DNA from: an uncultured delta proteobacterium
GTDB taxonomy: Bacteria; Desulfobacterota; Desulfobacteria; Desulfobacterales; Desulfosalsimonadaceae
Direction of reading: 5' to 3'
DNA: 64,000 nt
Assembly: GCA_963826785.1 (NCBI GenBank)
Contig: CAWGYD010000003.1
Location: 192,001 to 256,000, forward strand
Part shown: positions 60,327 through 64,000 of the stretch, piece by piece
How the letters are laid out: each line of letters opens with the position of its first letter
Position numbering within the stretch: position 1 is the first letter of the stretch
Made by a program: the position numbers and the translations under genes
Notes under the pieces: generated by a model
What the model saw: the letters and a program-made list of their open reading frames with translations, nothing else
Databases searched by the model: none
What the model was told of the DNA's origin: nothing

Positions 60327-61994
60327 TCAGGATTTATAAATATCCTTGTACTGCTCCCGGATGACCTTCTTGTCGAACTTGCCCACGCTGGTCTTGGGGA
60401 TGGCATCCACAAACAGGACCGCTTCGGGAAGCTGCCATTTGGCGAATTTTTTAGCCAGATGGGCGATGATATCGTCCTTGCTGATCCGGCCTTTGGCCTC
60501 TTCCCGTGGGACCACCAGAACCACCGGGCGCTCCTCCCATTTGGGATGGGCCACGCCGGTGACCGTGGCTTCGAGAACATCCGGATGGGCCATGGTTTCA
60601 TTTTCCATGTCCACCGATGAAATCCATTCCCCGCCGCTCTTGATCAGGTCCTTTACCCGGTCGGTGATTTTGATGTACCCTTCCGCGTCCATGGTGCCTG
60701 CATCCCCGCTTCGCCAGTAGCCGTCATCGGTGAACTGGGCTTCAGATCCGGGGGCATTGTAATAGCTGCCGGTGATCCAGGGTCCCCGGATCAGGATCTC
60801 TCCGGGGGTTTTGCCGTCCTGGGGCACCTTTTTATCCTCGTGATCCACGATTTTGACATCCAGGCCCACCACCGCATACCCCTGTTTGCGCTTGAGATCC
60901 CATTTCTCATCCTCGCTCAATTCCTTTTCCAGCCAGGGCTTGAGACGGTTGATGGTCACCAGGGGAGTGGTTTCGGTGGCGCCGTAGGCATGGACGATTT
61001 CCGCGTTGATCAGGTCCTTGTATCCCTTCATCATGGTCAAAGACGGCTCGGACGCGCCGGACAGGAACCGGGCGCCGGTCAGGTCCGGCTTCTTGTCCAG
61101 TTTCCGGATATATTCGAGCATGGGCATGAACAGGGCGGGCGCCCCCGCGCTGACGTTTACCCCTTCGCTCACCAGGGGTTCGGCCAGGCTGCCCAGATCC
61201 GCGATGTTATACATGCCCGGAAGAACGTATTTCGCCCCCACCAGGAAGGTGGCGTGGGGCATACCCCATCCCAGGGCATGAAACATGGGGACCAGCTGAT
61301 AAAAGCAGTCCCGGTTGGAAATTTCGGAATTGGTGCCGATGCACAGGGCATGAAGGTACACATCCCTGTGCGAGTAGTAGACGCCCTTGGGCCGTCCGGT
61401 GGTGCCGGTGGTGTAACAGGCCCCGTAGGCCGATTTTTCATCCAGGACCGGCCAGGTGATTTCCGGGTCGGCTTTTTCGAGCAGTTCTTCATAGCTGTAT
61501 ATGGGGGAAAGGCTGGTCTTGATGTCGGAAAGCTTCTTGTCCGTAAGGATGACGTATCCCTTGACGCTCTTGCACTGCCCGGCCACCGATTCGGCGATGG
61601 GAATCAGGGTCTCATCCACCAGGATGTATTTGGCCTCCGCATGGTTGACCACATAACTCAGATCCGTGGGCGAAAGCCGGATGTTTAGCAGCAGCATCAC
61701 CGCCCCGGTCCCGGGGATGCCGAAATACGCTTCCAGGTGCCGGTGGGTATTCCAGTCGAGCACCCCGATGCGGTCTCCCACCTGGGCGCCCAGCCCGGTC
61801 AGCGCGTTGCCCAGCCGCCGCACCCGCTCATAGATCTGCTGGTAGCTAAAGCGCCGCCGGCTGCCGTCCAGCCGCATGGAAACCACCTCCTGGCGGCCAA
61901 AACTCCTGGCGGCATGGCGGATGATGTTGGTGACATTGAGCTGGTAATCGTCTTGTGACGTGGACGGAAATCCCATGATCGGTTTGGTTTTCAT
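60327..61994 (-). CDS. Medium/long-chain fatty acid-CoA ligase (AlkK-like)
   Basis: YTTGTTGRPKG, VPMFH, YGATET, KSGGEWISS and PKTSVGKFDK motifs. Confidence 0.92.
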   Translation of the reverse strand: MKTKPIMGFPSTSQDDYQLNVTNIIRHAARSFGRQEVVSMRLDGSRRRFSYQQIYERVRRLGNALTGLGAQVGDRIGVLDWNTHRHLEAYFGIPGTGAVMLLLNIRLSPTDLSYVVNHAEAKYILVDETLIPIAESVAGQCKSVKGYVILTDKKLSDIKTSLSPIYSYEELLEKADPEITWPVLDEKSAYGACYTTGTTGRPKGVYYSHRDVYLHALCIGTNSEISNRDCFYQLVPMFHALGWGMPHATFLVGAKYVLPGMYNIADLGSLAEPLVSEGVNVSAGAPALFMPMLEYIRKLDKKPDLTGARFLSGASEPSLTMMKGYKDLINAEIVHAYGATETTPLVTINRLKPWLEKELSEDEKWDLKRKQGYAVVGLDVKIVDHEDKKVPQDGKTPGEILIRGPWITGSYYNAPGSEAQFTDDGYWRSGDAGTMDAEGYIKITDRVKDLIKSGGEWISSVDMENETMAHPDVLEATVTGVAHPKWEERPVVLVVPREEAKGRISKDDIIAHLAKKFAKWQLPEAVLFVDAIPKTSVGKFDKKVIREQYKDIYKS

Positions 61995-62099
61995 TATGAC
62001 CCCCTTGTGTAATGGTTATTGCCTGCTGAAAAAGCGCATCTTTTGGCCCGATACTGCGGTCCCGGGCTTTTTTTGTTCTCAGTCTGCGTTTAAAAATCC

Positions 62100-63315
62100 C
62101 TGGGCCTTTTTTTTGAACCCGAATCTGCGCTTCGTTTTCCAAATACGATGAAACTTCTACCAGTTTACGGATCTTTTCGGTCAATTTGCTGGGGACCAGC
62201 GGTTTGCTGATAAAGCCGACCGCTTTTAACGGTTTCTGGGCATGAATGTCAAAATCGCTGTAGCCGGACATGAACAGAACCCGGGCACCGGGATAGCGGC
62301 GGGCAAATTTTTCCGCCAGTTCCCGGCCGTTCATGACGGGCATGATCACATCGGTCAGCAGAAGATCGATCTTTCCAGCGTTTCGCTGGGCGGTCTCCAG
62401 GGCGTCCTGTCCGTTCCTGGCTTTCAGGACGGCATATCCCAGCGGACTGAGAATGTCTCCGATCAACTGCCGCACCGTATCGTCATCGTCGACCACCAGG
62501 ATGGTTTCCGTTCCGGCGTTCAGCTTGTCCGGGGCAGCGGCCTGTATTTCGGGTCGGTCAATCGCCCATCCGGCGCGGCAATGAAGTCTGCGGTCAGGTC
62601 TTCCTCAAACAACCGCCGGTATTTGGCCTCACTGGTTCGAAGGGCGTTTTCGCTTGTCTTTCGCCGCCGGATGTTGACCAGCAGGATGACAATCAGCGCC
62701 AGCAGACCGGCAATCACGCCACCGGTGGCCCGGATCACTTTCCGATATTGAAAATACAGGCTGGCCGGCCGATTGATGATCCGGCTGTTTTCCGGGAGGG
62801 CGGACAAAAAGATGCCAAACCGTTTCAACTGGCGGTAATCGAATGCGGGCGCATAGATGGCGGGCATGATGGGAATCTTTCGGGCGGGGGTCCCGTTTAA
62901 AACCTCGATGGCCATCCGGGCGGCCCTCTGCCCGTGGCGGGCCGCATCATTGACCATGCCGCCGACAATCCCGTAACCCAGTTCCACCCCCCACTGGCCG
63001 TAAATGGGGACCGGGCATATGCGGCTCATGACCGGAAGATCATCCGTGTAGGAAAATCATTTCATAATAATCTGCATCGTCGCGTTTGCGGCTGTCCATG
63101 TATTCGATATAGACATTTTCTCTCGGAATGGCGCGCGCCAGTTCTTTAGTGATGGCATCTACGATCTGATCGGTCCAGTTGTATTGCGCGTGATAGGAGT
63201 TTAACACCAGAATGCGGGCATCGGGATGGTCCAGGGCAGAAACAGGTACTGCCTGAAAAAAAAGGATAAGGAGAATGAAGCGGCTGGCCTGCCGGATACA
63301 TGCGGCAAAAAACAT
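62100..63315 (-). pseudogene. Remnant of a hybrid sensor kinase (periplasmic sensor, TM, start of PAS, REC) with internal deletions
   Basis: ILVLNSYH...EYMD jumps with a frame change to FSY...VPIYG. The PAS start then jumps with a frame change to ETILVVDD REC. No HisKA/HATPase. The 3' boundary is approximate. Confidence 0.7.
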
Positions 63316-63365
63316 GCGTTATTCCCCGAAGTTTACATAGAGGTGATCGCTGGATGTGGACCTGA

Positions 63366-64000
63366 TCACTTGCCCCGTGTTTCCCTGGCGGCGGTTTCCG
63401 GGTCGACCTTCCAGGTAAACAGGGGGGAGAGCACATACATCAGCATCTGGGTAAACACCAGATATCCGAAAAAAGGAGTAAATACAAACACCAGCATCAG
63501 CAACAGGTTTACCCAGGTAAACCAGGGATTCCGGTCCATGAATCTTCCCATGTGCAGATATCGGACCGGATACAGATTCATCAGAAATGCGGTGAACAGG
63601 ACCAGCCCGAACGCGAAAAATCCGATAAACCGCCCCCAGTCGCCCATGGCAGCGTCCGCGCCGCAGACCACCAGCAAGGGGGAGGTCACGAACAGGGCGG
63701 CGGCCGGCGTGGGCATTCCCTTGAAGAAACCGGGGATCGGCGAACGGTCCATCGTGAAATAGATCAGCCGTGCAAATCCCGCAAACACATAGGTAACGGC
63801 TGCAAGGGCCACCGGCAGCGCGCGCACATCCGGGTCCGGATGCATAGACAGGCAGATGTAGAAAATCCAGGCCGGGGCGATGCAGAAACTCATTCCATCC
63901 GCGACATCATCCATAATGCCGCCGAAGGTCACGTGGCCATGCTTCACCGTATCCGGAAGGGGTTCGGTCAGGCCCAGTCTCCGGGCCATGGCACCGTCGA
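63366..64000 (-). CDS. CDP-alcohol phosphatidyltransferase (PssA-like), C-terminal part
   Basis: DG..AR...GG.MDD.AD.MSF.IAPA and FFKGMPTPAAA motifs. Confidence 0.82.
   Translation of the reverse strand, partial: DGAMARRLGLTEPLPDTVKHGHVTFGGIMDDVADGMSFCIAPAWIFYICLSMHPDPDVRALPVALAAVTYVFAGFARLIYFTMDRSPIPGFFKGMPTPAAALFVTSPLLVVCGADAAMGDWGRFIGFFAFGLVLFTAFLMNLYPVRYLHMGRFMDRNPWFTWVNLLLMLVFVFTPFFGYLVFTQMLMYVLSPLFTWKVDPETAARETRGK

Noticed and set aside
1..64000. CRISPR arrays, tRNA/rRNA genes, transposases or integrases
   Set aside because: None recognised by eye. tRNAscan, CRISPR finders and ISEScan were not run.

Overview
GC-rich chromosomal window. The gene content points to an anaerobic Desulfobacterota (Desulfobacterales-like) organism, which is an inference from the SahR-ahcY pair, a selenocysteine formate dehydrogenase, HndABC/NuoEF-like genes and sigma54 regulation. 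It holds housekeeping genes (aroF, aroB, hisD, serC, PPi-PFK, maeB, ahcY, tex, ppiB, csp) and many lipid/acyl-CoA genes (SCP2 protein, two acyl-CoA ligases, CoA-transferase, lipase, AlkB). It also carries an AT-richer putative restriction-modification pair, an MNT-HEPN pair and an internally deleted sensor-kinase remnant. The most notable unannotated signals are: (i) two near-identical GEMM-I (c-di-GMP-I family) aptamers of the A20, cGAMP-type variant, each with its own promoter and U-tract and no downstream gene; (ii) a Trp-Trp leader-peptide attenuator upstream of aroF-aroB; (iii) an intact O2-dependent alkane monooxygenase in an apparent anaerobe; (iv) an in-frame UGA with a SECIS hairpin in FDH. 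About seven single-base frameshifts in otherwise intact genes are probably long-read consensus errors. No rRNA, tRNA, CRISPR array or transposase was recognised.
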